Shown here in pieces: positions 1-10,975 of a stretch of DNA of 64,000 bases. The notes below the pieces were generated by a model. That model had not been told where the DNA came from. It saw only the letters and a program-made list of their open reading frames with translations, and searched no databases. The stretch's first letter is position 1. Every line of letters starts with the position of its first letter. Made by a program: the position numbers and the translations under genes. This stretch comes from Candidatus Thorarchaeota archaeon. GTDB lineage: Archaea; Asgardarchaeota; Thorarchaeia; Thorarchaeales; Thorarchaeaceae. The DNA is taken from positions 55,969-119,968 of the forward strand of contig JBHLRZ010000006.1 of the NCBI GenBank assembly GCA_048882045.1, read 5' to 3'.

Positions 1-702
1 ATTCATACCATGAGATTGAACAGACTCTCAGGATGTAGGATAGCAGCCAATGAGATTACAGCTCCATTGTTCAATGAGAAAGAAGAGATGAAGAAGTTCC
101 TTGGTTTTCACAAGGGAAATCCGGTTCGAAAGATGTGGGAAAAACTAGTCAACGAGAAAATGTATGGAGCTCTTGATGAGGGACGAGTTGATGAGATTGT
201 CAAGAATAGAAGTAGTCTTAATCTTGGAACAATAACACTGAGAACCCTCTACACACCAGGACATATCCCGGATCACATGTGTATAGAGATTCTCGAACCA
301 AACATTATCTTTGGTTCAGATCTGGACCTCACAGAGTTTGGACCATACTATGGTCATCCCAATAGCTCCATACCAGATTTTAAGGAGTCAATACGCAAAG
401 TGCAGCATGGAAAGTATAAGGGACTCATAAGTGGGCATCTTAGAGAACCTCTTGTCTTGGACTATCAGGACCGTTTGTCCGCATATGCACGTCAGATTGG
501 AATGAGGGAGGACTTGGTCTACTCAGCAATTCTGGAGGGTGCCAAATCGATCCCAGAGATTATTGTAAATCCTATCATCTACCCCTCGTTAACAGATCCA
601 GTATACCTCCAATTCGAAACGTGGATGATTGAACACCATGTCGCTTCATTGATTGATAACGGTCTCATAGAGGATGACCGTGGAAAGCTGAAGCCAGTCT
701 AG
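1..702 (+). CDS. MBL-fold metallo-hydrolase (probably 5'-truncated by window edge)
   Basis: TPGHIPDH, GSDLD and ISGH motifs; frame is open to position 1. Confidence 0.75.
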   Translation: MHTMRLNRLSGCRIAANEITAPLFNEKEEMKKFLGFHKGNPVRKMWEKLVNEKMYGALDEGRVDEIVKNRSSLNLGTITLRTLYTPGHIPDHMCIEILEPNIIFGSDLDLTEFGPYYGHPNSSIPDFKESIRKVQHGKYKGLISGHLREPLVLDYQDRLSAYARQIGMREDLVYSAILEGAKSIPEIIVNPIIYPSLTDPVYLQFETWMIEHHVASLIDNGLIEDDRGKLKPV

Positions 703-1361
703 AGAATCACTGGCAGACCAAGTAAAATTTGCATGATTACAATAGGGATTAGTGCACAGAGGAGTCCTTCTACCAAGTTTGACCTGAAACGAACAAGGGG
801 AATAAGAAATCCAACTCTTTGTCGGTAGTCCTTCCACTCATCTCCAAATGTATTATCAAGATGAGCCTCTTCAATCCAAGCAATAGCAACATATGCGAAG
901 AGCGTTGCATACCACAACACCAGGGTCTGGTCTGCAGAAAGCCAGCCCATGCCGAAAGTGTTTCTCAGGATCCAAACACTTGGATAAGTCATCATGGTTG
1001 TGAAGATGATAAGTGCAAAATATTGAGGATGACGAACGAATCTATAGGGTCCTGTTGTTACGAGGCCCCCAGTTTTTGTTCGCCAGAGATGAATAACAGA
1101 GTATAGCAGCAGTACAAATCCCAACGCAGCAACGATGAGAACGACCCAGTTTTCTAACCTTGTGTAATCAGGTAAGGTAGGGGGAGCAACTGAGATGTTA
1201 CCGAACATTAGCATCAGGTAAACGATGAATGGTACAGTCATAAGACCGCTCCATGCAGCAAGTGGAGGTAAAGAAGACATCAGAGGTAATAGATAACCAA
1301 CAATACCAGTAAGTTTCTGAACTATTCTGTCGCGAAGATTCTTGATCTCCATTATGGTCAC
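699..1361 (-). CDS. isoprenylcysteine carboxyl methyltransferase/PEMT-family membrane protein
   Basis: LVTTGPYRFVRHPQY and EEAHL...FGDEW.DY motifs; several TM helices. Confidence 0.8.
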   Translation of the reverse strand: MTIMEIKNLRDRIVQKLTGIVGYLLPLMSSLPPLAAWSGLMTVPFIVYLMLMFGNISVAPPTLPDYTRLENWVVLIVAALGFVLLLYSVIHLWRTKTGGLVTTGPYRFVRHPQYFALIIFTTMMTYPSVWILRNTFGMGWLSADQTLVLWYATLFAYVAIAWIEEAHLDNTFGDEWKDYRQRVGFLIPLVRFRSNLVEGLLCALIPIVIMQILLGLPVIL

Positions 1362-1452
1362 CTATCCACGATTTGAACATATATAGCTCCGTTGGAACGC
1401 TTATCTACTGTAACTTCCAAGCATGAATGTAGTATTTGACTGAGGGATAATT

Positions 1453-2022
1453 ATGCTACAAATGAGCAATGGTGAACCTGAAGCAGGACTTCCAGTCTGG
1501 AGATTAAATCAGATTCTTCTGATTCTTCAGGTCAGATTGGAATCCATAATGTATGACAAAAATAGAGAGTCAAAAATTCCAATCTCGTGGAGTGTTTTGC
1601 ACATGCATACAACAACTCAACTGGCGAAACTACTTGCCATTAAACGAGGATTTGATGTTGAGCTTGCTGCAATGATTGCTGCATTTCACGATGTCTATTC
1701 GTATCATACGGGCAAGTGGGAGAATCATGGAAAGTTGGCTAAGCCATATATTCATGAGATTGTCAACGAATACAATGAGGTGTGGGGGGATCAGCTTGGC
1801 ATAATCACCGAAGAAGAGGTCAAACACATCGTCAAGGCAATAAAAGACCATTCTAACAAAGAGAAGGTTGTCAAAGACCGATATACTGAATTGCTGAAAG
1901 ATGTCGATTGCTTTGACTCATATCTCCACGGATTCGAACCAACGGGATTCCATCTTGAAAGAGTGTCGAGAGTATTTGAAGAGCTTGGGTTTTCCCAAGA
2001 AGAAAGTAGCTTCGTTCTATAG
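1453..2022 (+). CDS. HD-domain protein
   Basis: H...AAFHD...H...H...LLKDVD pattern. Confidence 0.8.
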   Translation: MLQMSNGEPEAGLPVWRLNQILLILQVRLESIMYDKNRESKIPISWSVLHMHTTTQLAKLLAIKRGFDVELAAMIAAFHDVYSYHTGKWENHGKLAKPYIHEIVNEYNEVWGDQLGIITEEEVKHIVKAIKDHSNKEKVVKDRYTELLKDVDCFDSYLHGFEPTGFHLERVSRVFEELGFSQEESSFVL

Positions 2023-2553
2023 TAGAAGCTCCATTTGGGTGTGCTGTGTTTCTGGTTGTGCTTCACCCAAGTTATCCAGCGGCACTTCAATAAAACCAGC
2101 AGACTGGTATAGTTGAATTGCATATGGAAAATGCTCTGAAGTATCAAGTCGAAGTTTCTTGAAACCGAATTCCTTTCCCTTTGAGATAAGCTGATGAAGT
2201 ATCTCAGTGCCTACTCCTCTACCTCGATACGATGATTGGAGGAACATTCGTGTAATTTCTCCAACACCGTGAAGAAATTCATGTATTGCTCCCATTCCTA
2301 CTATTTTTCCTTGGTCCTCAATCAAGAGGATAATACCAGAGGGAGGGTGGATTTTCACAAATTCTTCAAGGAAACTAGATACGTATCCCTCAATTGTATC
2401 TCCTAGAACTTTTTCAAAATCAAGATTCAATGCAGTCCGAAATCTATCAGCCACCCATGTAACATACTCTACATTCAATCGGTACAAATCGGACTCCTGA
2501 GCATCACGGTTGAACTCGATAATCTGCACCAATTTAAGCCTCTCCAAAAACAA
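2017..2553 (-). CDS. GNAT N-acetyltransferase
   Basis: YRGRGVG acetyl-CoA motif; AIQLYQSAGF. Confidence 0.85.
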   Translation of the reverse strand: MFLERLKLVQIIEFNRDAQESDLYRLNVEYVTWVADRFRTALNLDFEKVLGDTIEGYVSSFLEEFVKIHPPSGIILLIEDQGKIVGMGAIHEFLHGVGEITRMFLQSSYRGRGVGTEILHQLISKGKEFGFKKLRLDTSEHFPYAIQLYQSAGFIEVPLDNLGEAQPETQHTQMELLL

Positions 2554-2606
2554 CCTGATAACAATAGTTAAAATTCTTTCCGAGGTCGTTTGTCCGAGGG
2601 GTCATT

Positions 2607-4724
2607 ATGACTAGTACTGATAAGAAAAAGAAGAACCGATTATCGAAAGAGAAGAGTCCGTACCTCCTGCAGCATGAAGACAATCCAGTGGACTGGTACC
2701 CCTGGGGAGAGGAGGCATTCGACAAGGCAAAGAAGGAGGACAAACCAGTGTTTCTTTCGATAGGCTACAGTACTTGTCACTGGTGTCATGTGATGGCACA
2801 TGAGTCGTTTGAAGACGATGAGGTTGCCATTTTAATGAATGAGGTGTTTGTCAACATAAAGGTTGACAGAGAGGAACGACCTGACATCGATGGCGTTTAC
2901 ATGGAGGTCGCCCAGATGATCACCGGTAGGGGCGGCTGGCCTCTTACCATAATCATGACTCCAGATAAACAACCATTCTTCGCTGGAACATACATCCCAA
3001 AAGAGAGCAGATACAGCAGTCTAGGGATGAAGGAACTCATCCCACGAATCAAGGAGATATGGGAGAGTGACCGGGACAACATCAATGAAACCACCAGTCG
3101 AATCAAGGACGCTCTTTCAGAAACAAGATATGCAGGAGAGAAGGAGGACCTATCATTAGACTCAGTTGACCTTGCTTTTTCCCATCTCTCTCAAAGATTT
3201 GATGAGAAACAGGGTGGGTTCGGGTCAGCGCCTAAGTTTCCATCACCTCACAACTTGATGTTAATACTCAGGTACTGGAAGAGGACAGGTGATGAGTGGG
3301 CTCTCTTCATGGTGGAGAAGACGCTCCAGGCAATGAGGAACGGAGGAATCTTTGATCATATTGGTTTCGGATTCCATCGGTATTCCACCGATGAGAAATG
3401 GTTGCTACCACACTTCGAGAAAATGCTATACGATCAAGCCAGTCTCATGATGGCTTATACTGAAGTATATCAAATCACGAAAAAACAGGAATACGCCGAC
3501 ATTGTCCGAGAGATCTTCGAATATGTGACTCGAGACTTGACAGGCCCCGAAGGAGCATTTTATTCAGCTGAAGACGCAGATTCAGAAGGGGAGGAAGGCA
3601 AGTTCTACACATGGACAAAGAGTGAGATAGAGGATATAATCAATGATAAGAATGAAGCTTCAATATTCATGCAGGCCTTCAATATCCATGAGGAAGGAAA
3701 CTTCGAAGACGAAGCGACTCGAGAAATGAACGGGCTGAATATTCCTCACCTCAAAGAAAAGGCTGACTTAGATACAGACCTGGGGATAACTAGGGAAGAA
3801 CTGAAACTACTGCTTGATAAAATCAAGACAAACATGTTCGTCCGTAGAGAGATGCGAGTCAGACCTAGTCTTGATGACAAGATATTGACTGACTGGAATG
3901 GATTCATGATTGCTGCACTCTCCAAGGCTGGAGCCATACTAGGAGATGCAAAGTTCATAGAAACTTCAGAAAGAGCACTCAAGTTCATTCTTGATACTAT
4001 GCTCGATGATGAACGTCGACTCTATCATAGATACAAGGATGGAGAGATAATCATCCAGGCATTTCTCGATGATTATGCGTATCTAGTCTGGGCACTCTTG
4101 GAAACTTATGAAGCCACTTTCAAGCCAGAGTACTTAGAACAGGCAATAGACCTGACGTTAGACATGCTGGAACATTTCTGGGATGAAGAGGAAGGGGGTC
4201 TGTATTTCACTGGTACATATTCAGAGGATCTTCTAGTCAGAAAGAAGGACGTCTACGATGGGGCAATGCCTTCTGGAAATTCAGTGGCTGCTCTCAACCT
4301 GATACGCCTCGCTCGGTTCCTTGGTGATACAAAACTGGAAGAAAAGGCTGCTGAAACTGTACGAGCATTTTCAGGCATCGTTCCTCGAGCGTACTCAGGT
4401 TTCACTATGTTGTTGACCGCAGTGGAGTTCGCTTATGGCGACTCCTACGAAATTGTGATTGCTGGTAATCCTGATTCAGAAGACACACAGGAGATGATCA
4501 GAGCAGTCCGTGACCAATTCATACCCAATCGAGTCATTCTCCTGAAGGGAACAGAACACCAATCAAAAGAGGTGTCTCAGCTTGCTCCCTATACCAAATT
4601 CCATGATACTGTTGGAGGTAAGGCAACAGCACATGTCTGTATCGACTATAACTGTAAGCTTCCAACAAATGATGTAGCGCAACTACTGAAGCTCATCGGA
4701 GTTACTGAGATGGCTTCTTCTTGA
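2607..4724 (+). CDS. thioredoxin-domain protein, YyaL/SSP411 (SPATA20) family
   Basis: [35 protein letters not shown]. Confidence 0.95.
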   Translation: MTSTDKKKKNRLSKEKSPYLLQHEDNPVDWYPWGEEAFDKAKKEDKPVFLSIGYSTCHWCHVMAHESFEDDEVAILMNEVFVNIKVDREERPDIDGVYMEVAQMITGRGGWPLTIIMTPDKQPFFAGTYIPKESRYSSLGMKELIPRIKEIWESDRDNINETTSRIKDALSETRYAGEKEDLSLDSVDLAFSHLSQRFDEKQGGFGSAPKFPSPHNLMLILRYWKRTGDEWALFMVEKTLQAMRNGGIFDHIGFGFHRYSTDEKWLLPHFEKMLYDQASLMMAYTEVYQITKKQEYADIVREIFEYVTRDLTGPEGAFYSAEDADSEGEEGKFYTWTKSEIEDIINDKNEASIFMQAFNIHEEGNFEDEATREMNGLNIPHLKEKADLDTDLGITREELKLLLDKIKTNMFVRREMRVRPSLDDKILTDWNGFMIAALSKAGAILGDAKFIETSERALKFILDTMLDDERRLYHRYKDGEIIIQAFLDDYAYLVWALLETYEATFKPEYLEQAIDLTLDMLEHFWDEEEGGLYFTGTYSEDLLVRKKDVYDGAMPSGNSVAALNLIRLARFLGDTKLEEKAAETVRAFSGIVPRAYSGFTMLLTAVEFAYGDSYEIVIAGNPDSEDTQEMIRAVRDQFIPNRVILLKGTEHQSKEVSQLAPYTKFHDTVGGKATAHVCIDYNCKLPTNDVAQLLKLIGVTEMASS

Positions 4725-6186
4725 CCCACCAGAATGTCACAATCACAAGTGCTGCAACTCCAGCTCCAACGAAAGCGATTATAGGTCCATACACCTGCAG
4801 GATTCCACTTGGCCAAATTTGATCAAGTGCCTCTCCTGCCGCCTGCCATGAATCAGCAATGGTCAACAGCTTTTGACTGATGTCAGTCAGATCCGATTCG
4901 TAGGGTGATAATGAGGCATCAAGATCACCAGAGGCGTTGTAGGAATCTGCAATCCCTCGAAAAGTAGACGCAACATATCCATTTGCTTGTGTTAGATTTC
5001 CAGGATAGATGAGAGTTGAGTTGTCTGCGATTGCATCAAATGCTGGTAAGGCTGCCTCACCCGCTATGATGAAATCTGTGAGGTCAGTATCAGGCATCAG
5101 TGATGGGAGTGCATAGAGAGCTGTTCTGAATGAAAGATATTGTAGTGTTACCTGTGCCTCCACACCAAGACCGATGGTATAGAGAAGGGCTGCTTTGAAT
5201 CTTACTTCGTCTTCAACTCCATCAAAGAGACTGAGGTATGATTTCAATCCTTCAGAAGTGAGACCTGTACTAAGCCCGCTGAATCCATTATACCCGAATT
5301 GACCAACATAGGCATTTACTGATGTTGGGAAGTAAATCGTTCCGACACCGAGTAGCTTGTCCCTGATCATTGGTCCCAGCTGACTGTCTATAGAAGCCAC
5401 TGGTGTAGTGAGAGGCAAGAAAGTACTCGCAATGTAGTAACGAGCTGACCAAGCATCAAGCAAGAGTGTATACGAGATTGTCGTGTAGTTCCCTCGACCA
5501 TCTGAAGGATATCCATAGTTGTCCCCAAATGACCCCACACCTGGATCTATGATAGTTGCTAGATTGGCTGTGTCATTGTATCCGACTACAAGAATTCCAT
5601 GAGCACCACCAGTAAGTCCTTGATCACGAAGGTAATCGTAATCGGAGGAGGGTAGAAACATTGGATTGACACTGATCAGAAGGGGATATCCACTGTCAAC
5701 TGTTTGGCGCATAAAGTCCATCGCATGAGTCTGCCCATCAATGAGTCCGATGTTAATTCCTTGACTGTCGTAGACTTGGACCATCTGTTCAAGATCAGGG
5801 ATGTCGGTCCCCAGATATTGAGTATAGTTCACTCCATAGAGGTTAGCAAGGAAGTGTGTTGGTTCTACCTGCGTAAGTAATGCTCCTGGGAAAACAAGAA
5901 ACGTGTCATCGAACCGGAAATATGCGAATGAGAATCCTATTGTCGACAATGCAAAGACATCGTAGAGGTTGAGATCAACTCCTGCGTATTGCATAGCTAT
6001 TGCGGTAGCGGCCCATGCGCAGAAACCATTGATCTCCTGCCAAACATAGTCCCGAGGTTCCAGAAGAGCATCAGTGGATGATGTGATTGTAGGTTCATGT
6101 ATAGTAACTCCTTGAACACTGATAGGAATTAATAGAATCAAGAGGAGTGTGAGGACTGCAATAGAAGAGGAATTCAATCGGGACAT
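4702..6186 (-). CDS. secreted, C-terminally anchored papain-like (C39-like) cysteine peptidase-domain protein
   Basis: signal peptide; [22 protein letters not shown] and IIDPG; C-terminal TM followed by KKKP. Confidence 0.7.
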   Translation of the reverse strand: MSRLNSSSIAVLTLLLILLIPISVQGVTIHEPTITSSTDALLEPRDYVWQEINGFCAWAATAIAMQYAGVDLNLYDVFALSTIGFSFAYFRFDDTFLVFPGALLTQVEPTHFLANLYGVNYTQYLGTDIPDLEQMVQVYDSQGINIGLIDGQTHAMDFMRQTVDSGYPLLISVNPMFLPSSDYDYLRDQGLTGGAHGILVVGYNDTANLATIIDPGVGSFGDNYGYPSDGRGNYTTISYTLLLDAWSARYYIASTFLPLTTPVASIDSQLGPMIRDKLLGVGTIYFPTSVNAYVGQFGYNGFSGLSTGLTSEGLKSYLSLFDGVEDEVRFKAALLYTIGLGVEAQVTLQYLSFRTALYALPSLMPDTDLTDFIIAGEAALPAFDAIADNSTLIYPGNLTQANGYVASTFRGIADSYNASGDLDASLSPYESDLTDISQKLLTIADSWQAAGEALDQIWPSGILQVYGPIIAFVGAGVAALVIVTFWWVKKKPSQ

Positions 6187-6310
6187 ATCGAATTCAAATC
6201 GTAACCAAGCAATCATAAGGATGTCGATGAGGACCTCATCTTCATCCTTAGGCTTGTAGAAAGAAACCTTATTGCACAGGTTTCTAGCATTACTTTATCT
6301 GGTGACTTGA

Positions 6311-6739
6311 GTGTCTGTCTTTGCACGAATAGCTGCAGTTGCATTGGCGTTAGTAGTGATTGGGATTGGAGTAGGATACTTCTTTTCGCCATTAATCCCC
6401 TCAAGTCCCACATCTGTTCTCATTCAAAATCCTGAGGAAGGAGTTTACAGATTCACGGGAACTTTGTCTGGTGACGATACTTATCTAATACACTCGTTCC
6501 ATGTGAACACTAGCGCAACTAACATGCATGTCACGCTAGATTGCGGGTTTAATGACTTTGATCTCTACCTTGCGCAAGGCTATACTCCTACATTATATGA
6601 TTATGATTGGCGTGGATTTGATGTTGGAGGGGAGGACATTACAATTGATTTTCCCGTGAATGGCATCTGGCATGTCATGGTCAACTCATACACTGGAGCT
6701 GGAAACTACTTACTGAATATAGACATCACGTACGGATAG
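6311..6739 (+). CDS. membrane-anchored PPC (pre-peptidase C-terminal) domain protein
   Basis: N-terminal TM; DFDLYL..G..PT...YDW, E.I.I..P..G.WHVMV..Y. Confidence 0.75.
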   Translation: MSVFARIAAVALALVVIGIGVGYFFSPLIPSSPTSVLIQNPEEGVYRFTGTLSGDDTYLIHSFHVNTSATNMHVTLDCGFNDFDLYLAQGYTPTLYDYDWRGFDVGGEDITIDFPVNGIWHVMVNSYTGAGNYLLNIDITYG

Positions 6740-6785
6740 AAAGAGCACTATTTATCAGGTGATTCTTGAGGGTTGCGAGTGACCA

Positions 6786-7577
6786 GTGATGACAAATCTG
6801 CGTAAGAAGATTCGCTGCTTTCTGTTTGATATGGATGGCACTATTTACCTGGGAAACAAGTTGCTTCCAGGGGCAAAGATGTTCCTTAGAGAGCTCGAGA
6901 TAAGGGATGTGCCATATTATTTCCTGACAAACAATTCGTCACGGTCAAGAGCAGACTATGTTACGAAACTAGAACGGTTGGGACTAAACACTCCTGCTGA
7001 GAAAATATTTTCTTCAGGAGAAGCGACTGCGACCTACTTGAAGAAAAAGGGAGGAGGTAGCCGTATCTTCCTGGTAGGAACACCCTCGCTTGAAAATGAA
7101 TTTGAACAACACGGATTCCAACTTGTTCAGAACAACCCGGATTATGTAGTGCTGGGATTTGACACGACACTCACCTACGAGAAACTCTGGAAGCTTTGTG
7201 ATTTTGTCAGGAGAGATATTCCCTATATCGCTACTCACCCAGACATCAATTGTCCTACTGAAACTGGATTCATGCCTGATATCGGTGCAATGATAGCTTT
7301 CGTTGAAACTTCAACAGGCCGAAAACCCGATGAGATTGTTGGGAAACCCAACCCTCCAATCATCGAAGCTATTTTGGAGAAGACAGTGTATAATGTAAAT
7401 CAAATCGCAATGGTTGGAGACCGTCTCTATACTGATATCGCCATGGGGAAAACAGGAATCACTACAATCCTAGTCTTAAGTGGGGAAACAAAGGAAAGTG
7501 ACATAGAATCTGCGAATCAAAAACCAGACTATGTTGTCAAGAATATCCAAGGTCTAAGAGAACTCTATTTTTCATAG
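6786..7577 (+). CDS. HAD-IIA hydrolase, NagD family
   Basis: FDMDGTIY, LTNNSS, GKPNP, MVGDRLYTDI. Confidence 0.92.
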   Translation: MMTNLRKKIRCFLFDMDGTIYLGNKLLPGAKMFLRELEIRDVPYYFLTNNSSRSRADYVTKLERLGLNTPAEKIFSSGEATATYLKKKGGGSRIFLVGTPSLENEFEQHGFQLVQNNPDYVVLGFDTTLTYEKLWKLCDFVRRDIPYIATHPDINCPTETGFMPDIGAMIAFVETSTGRKPDEIVGKPNPPIIEAILEKTVYNVNQIAMVGDRLYTDIAMGKTGITTILVLSGETKESDIESANQKPDYVVKNIQGLRELYFS

Positions 7578-7684
7578 CAGAAATCAATCAAAAGACATGT
7601 CTATTTCACATCTGCGTTTAATGCTTTGAAGGCATAGAGTAACGTTTATGCGGTTGATGAGTAGAGAGGGCTCGGAGCGCTGTC

Positions 7685-8767
7685 TTGTTGAACTATCATC
7701 TAGTCCTGACCCGAAGGTGCAATCTCAACTGCCTGTACTGTCATGGCGGCGAGGAAACTGGACCAGATACAGAGATACAGTACTCGCTTGATGACTTGGA
7801 ATCTTTCTTGGAGAAGGACAACAACGCTCAGCTCATGCTGTACGGTGGAGAGCCTACATTACGACCAAATCTCATTATCGAACTAATGGATCGTTTTCCT
7901 TCTACTCGTTTCATGCTTCAGACCAATGCGCTTCTCATGGACAAACTGCCAGAGGACTATGTCAAACGATTTCATTCCATCCTGGTTTCCATTGATGGGA
8001 CTGAAGCAACCACTGACCGATATCGTTCACAGGGAGTCTATCAGAAAGTGATGAATAACGTCCAATGGCTACATGACATTGGTTTCGAGGGAGACATTGT
8101 TGCTAGGATGGCAGTATCAGAGCAATCAGATATCCATAGTGAAGTTCGTCACCTTCTTGATGTAGAGCCTTCTTTCAATCATGTCCACTGGCAATTGAAT
8201 GTCATATGGGATGCTGAAGACAATTGGACAGATTTTGATAAATGGGTGAAGGAGTCATACAATCCAGGAATTACACATTTGGTGGATACGTGGGTTTCAA
8301 AAATGAATGATGGAATAGTTGAAGGGATTGTTCCATTCATACCCTTGATGCACTCGCTCATGACTGGGAATAAATCAGAGATGAGGTGTGGGTCTGGACT
8401 GGATACTTTCGCCATTCATATTGATGGGAGTATTGGAGTGTGTCCAATCTCTCCAGATTGGGACTTCTCAATAGTGGGTAATATCTATGAAACAGAACCC
8501 AAAGATCTGATGAACTGTATGAGGGTCGATGAACCCTGCTCATCCTGCAAGGAGTTTGAAGTATGTGGAGGTCGTTGTCTTTTTGCAAACAAACAACGGC
8601 TATGGGGAGAGAGTGGTTTTGAGAAGGTTTGCGACATAACTAAGCACTTGATTGATGAACTCAAACGAGTTGCGCCAAAAGTGCAAGAGATAGTTTCGGA
8701 TGGCAAGATTTCGATTGAAGACTTTGTATATCCAGAATTTAACAATGGATGTGAGATCATACCATAG
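7685..8767 (+). CDS. radical SAM/SPASM protein (archaeal AF0577/TIGR04084-like)
   Basis: CNLNCLYC, YGGEP, SPASM CGSG...C and CSSC...CGGRC; C-terminal EIIP. Confidence 0.85.
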   Translation: MLNYHLVLTRRCNLNCLYCHGGEETGPDTEIQYSLDDLESFLEKDNNAQLMLYGGEPTLRPNLIIELMDRFPSTRFMLQTNALLMDKLPEDYVKRFHSILVSIDGTEATTDRYRSQGVYQKVMNNVQWLHDIGFEGDIVARMAVSEQSDIHSEVRHLLDVEPSFNHVHWQLNVIWDAEDNWTDFDKWVKESYNPGITHLVDTWVSKMNDGIVEGIVPFIPLMHSLMTGNKSEMRCGSGLDTFAIHIDGSIGVCPISPDWDFSIVGNIYETEPKDLMNCMRVDEPCSSCKEFEVCGGRCLFANKQRLWGESGFEKVCDITKHLIDELKRVAPKVQEIVSDGKISIEDFVYPEFNNGCEIIP

Positions 8768-8817
8768 CTTTGTGTCTTTGGAAACGCACATAACCAGTAA
8801 GTTTCTCCAAACTCAAG

Positions 8818-9609
8818 ATGACCATGACTTCCACACGTGAAATTCTTGAGGATCTTGCTTCAGGTAAACTCTCTGTCGATGACGCAGAGAAAGCACTAAG
8901 AATACTGTCTTTGAGTAAAGTGGGCAATATAGGTATGCTCGATGTCAACAGAGGAGAACGCAGTGGTGTACCAGAGGTAGTTTACGCAGAGAGCAAATCG
9001 TTGGAATACTTAGTGAATATTGCAGAGGTCATGGTTGAGAAGAAGCAGTTTGTCATGCTGACACGAATGACACAGGACAAGCTAACTGGTCTTAAATCAG
9101 CTCATCCAGAACTCAAGTTTGATGCGTTTGGTCCTGATAATCATCTGACTGTGTTGGGATACACGGAGGAGTGGAAAGAGCCTCAGAAGAAGGGCAAAAT
9201 CGCAGTAGTGACTGCAGGTACGTCAGATATACCATATGCGCATGAAGCAGAAATGATTGCACGTCTGATCGGTGTTGAAGTTCTATCTTTCTTCGATGTT
9301 GGTGTGGCTGGAATTCATAGACTCATTGAACCAATCAAGACGATCATCAATGAAGATGTTGATGCGATTGTTGTCTTTGCTGGTATGGAAGGAGCATTAC
9401 CTACAGTAGTCGCTTCTTTGGTTGATATTCCCGTGATTGGCGTTCCAGTCCCAACGGGATATGGTTTCGGAGGCAAAGGTGAAACCGCTCTAGCATCAAT
9501 GCTACAGTCTTGTGCACCAGGTTTAGCAGTAGTCAATATCGGTAATGGTCTAGGTGGGGGATCGGTGGCATCACTCATTGCAAAAAAATATGCTGAGAAG
9601 AGAAAATAA
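8818..9609 (+). CDS. larB: nickel pincer cofactor biosynthesis protein LarB
   Basis: R..G.PEVVY, TAGTSDIP, DVGVAGIHRL, AGMEGALP, PVIGVP..GYG. Confidence 0.9.
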   Translation: MTMTSTREILEDLASGKLSVDDAEKALRILSLSKVGNIGMLDVNRGERSGVPEVVYAESKSLEYLVNIAEVMVEKKQFVMLTRMTQDKLTGLKSAHPELKFDAFGPDNHLTVLGYTEEWKEPQKKGKIAVVTAGTSDIPYAHEAEMIARLIGVEVLSFFDVGVAGIHRLIEPIKTIINEDVDAIVVFAGMEGALPTVVASLVDIPVIGVPVPTGYGFGGKGETALASMLQSCAPGLAVVNIGNGLGGGSVASLIAKKYAEKRK

Positions 9610-9611
9610 GA

Positions 9612-10130
9612 CTAATCTTCTTCATCCATAGGAGATTCGGTCAAGTCCTTCTGCATGACAACTATCTCTTCTCCAAGGCGCTCCATTCTTCCAGTTTCGA
9701 CATATCCATTTCGTTCGTAGAATGAGAGCTGATTTTCGACTACACCATAAATCTCTACTTCGATTCGTTGCGCATTCCTTACGGATAGAAGGTTTTCTGC
9801 ATAATCTACTAGCTTGCTTCCGATTCGTCTGTTCCTGAATGATTGTCGCACACCAACCCTACTTATCACACCAACTTGTCCACGAAGTCTGACCCTCATT
9901 GTTCCAACAACAGTATCTCCAACTAGAGCAACGTACTGATCACCCATCTGAATGTGTCGAGAAATCTTGTCAAGTCCCTCTTTTAGTGCTGCGGGTTCAC
10001 GGGATAGTTGTTTCTTAATGGGAGCGTAGGCCTCTCTAATTATCTCCTTAATCACATCTACTTCCGCGAGTTCTGCTCGACGAATTGTGACTTCAGCGTA
10101 GTTGTAAATAGAGATTCCTCCTTGGGACAT
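9612..10130 (-). CDS. GNAT N-acetyltransferase
   Basis: FRNRRIGSKL; FYERNGY. Confidence 0.85.
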   Translation of the reverse strand: MSQGGISIYNYAEVTIRRAELAEVDVIKEIIREAYAPIKKQLSREPAALKEGLDKISRHIQMGDQYVALVGDTVVGTMRVRLRGQVGVISRVGVRQSFRNRRIGSKLVDYAENLLSVRNAQRIEVEIYGVVENQLSFYERNGYVETGRMERLGEEIVVMQKDLTESPMDEED

Positions 10131-10220
10131 TCATTCAGTGTAGTGTACTTTTTGAAATAAATCATTTGGGGCGTGGACCAACAATCTATATCAGATAGAG
10201 GATAGATTCATTCTGAAACA

Positions 10221-10712
10221 GTGATTTGGATGGAAATACTCCTCCGCAATCTTGACCCAGACGATCTTGGTTGGGTTAGTGAGATTCTGATTGAGGCATG
10301 GGCATCAACTCGAGTGGTAAGCAGGGGTAAAATGCATAATGCAGATCAACTTCCTGGTATTGTTGCTGAAATCAATGAGGAACGTGTTGGAATTCTCACA
10401 TACAACATCACTTCACCAGACCTCGAAATTGTGACTCTCAATGTTTTGAGTGAAAGAGAAGGGATTGGAACTAGACTGGTTGAGAGAGCTGAACAGATTG
10501 CTAGAATCAAGAACTGTTCTCGCATATGGGTCATCACTACAAACGACAATACTGGAGCAATCTCTTTCTATGAGACCCTGGGTTTTAAAATCGCTGCAGT
10601 GCACTATAATGCCATTGAGTATTCCCGAAGGCTGAAACCAGAGATTCCATTGACAGGGATCAAAGGAATCCCCATAACAGATGAAATTGAGCTCGAAAAG
10701 ATTCTTGATTGA
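10221..10712 (+). CDS. GNAT N-acetyltransferase
   Basis: EGIGTRL, TTNDN..AI.FY..LGF. Confidence 0.88.
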   Translation: MIWMEILLRNLDPDDLGWVSEILIEAWASTRVVSRGKMHNADQLPGIVAEINEERVGILTYNITSPDLEIVTLNVLSEREGIGTRLVERAEQIARIKNCSRIWVITTNDNTGAISFYETLGFKIAAVHYNAIEYSRRLKPEIPLTGIKGIPITDEIELEKILD

Positions 10713-10779
10713 TTCAAACAAGCAACACTTAGCTTTAATACAGCTCAAGAACACATTACTTCATTCAGGAGGACACCTA

Positions 10780-10929
10780 ATGACTGACAATGAGAAGGAA
10801 GAGGAAGTAGCCGAATCACAGAAACTCACTAAGAAGGACAAGCAAGAGATTCAAGAAGGCCTCTGTGTCAATTGTGCGCTCCTCTCGTTCATAGTAACCA
10901 TCTTCATGATAATAGCACTTGTTCTCTAA
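10780..10929 (+). CDS. small tail-anchored membrane protein (49 aa)
   Basis: GGAGG upstream of ATG 10780; charged N-terminus, C-terminal hydrophobic helix. Confidence 0.55.
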   Translation: MTDNEKEEEVAESQKLTKKDKQEIQEGLCVNCALLSFIVTIFMIIALVL

Positions 10930-10975
10930 TCTAGGAAAGAGAATGAGGAGGACCACGGAGGGTCCCCATCATATA

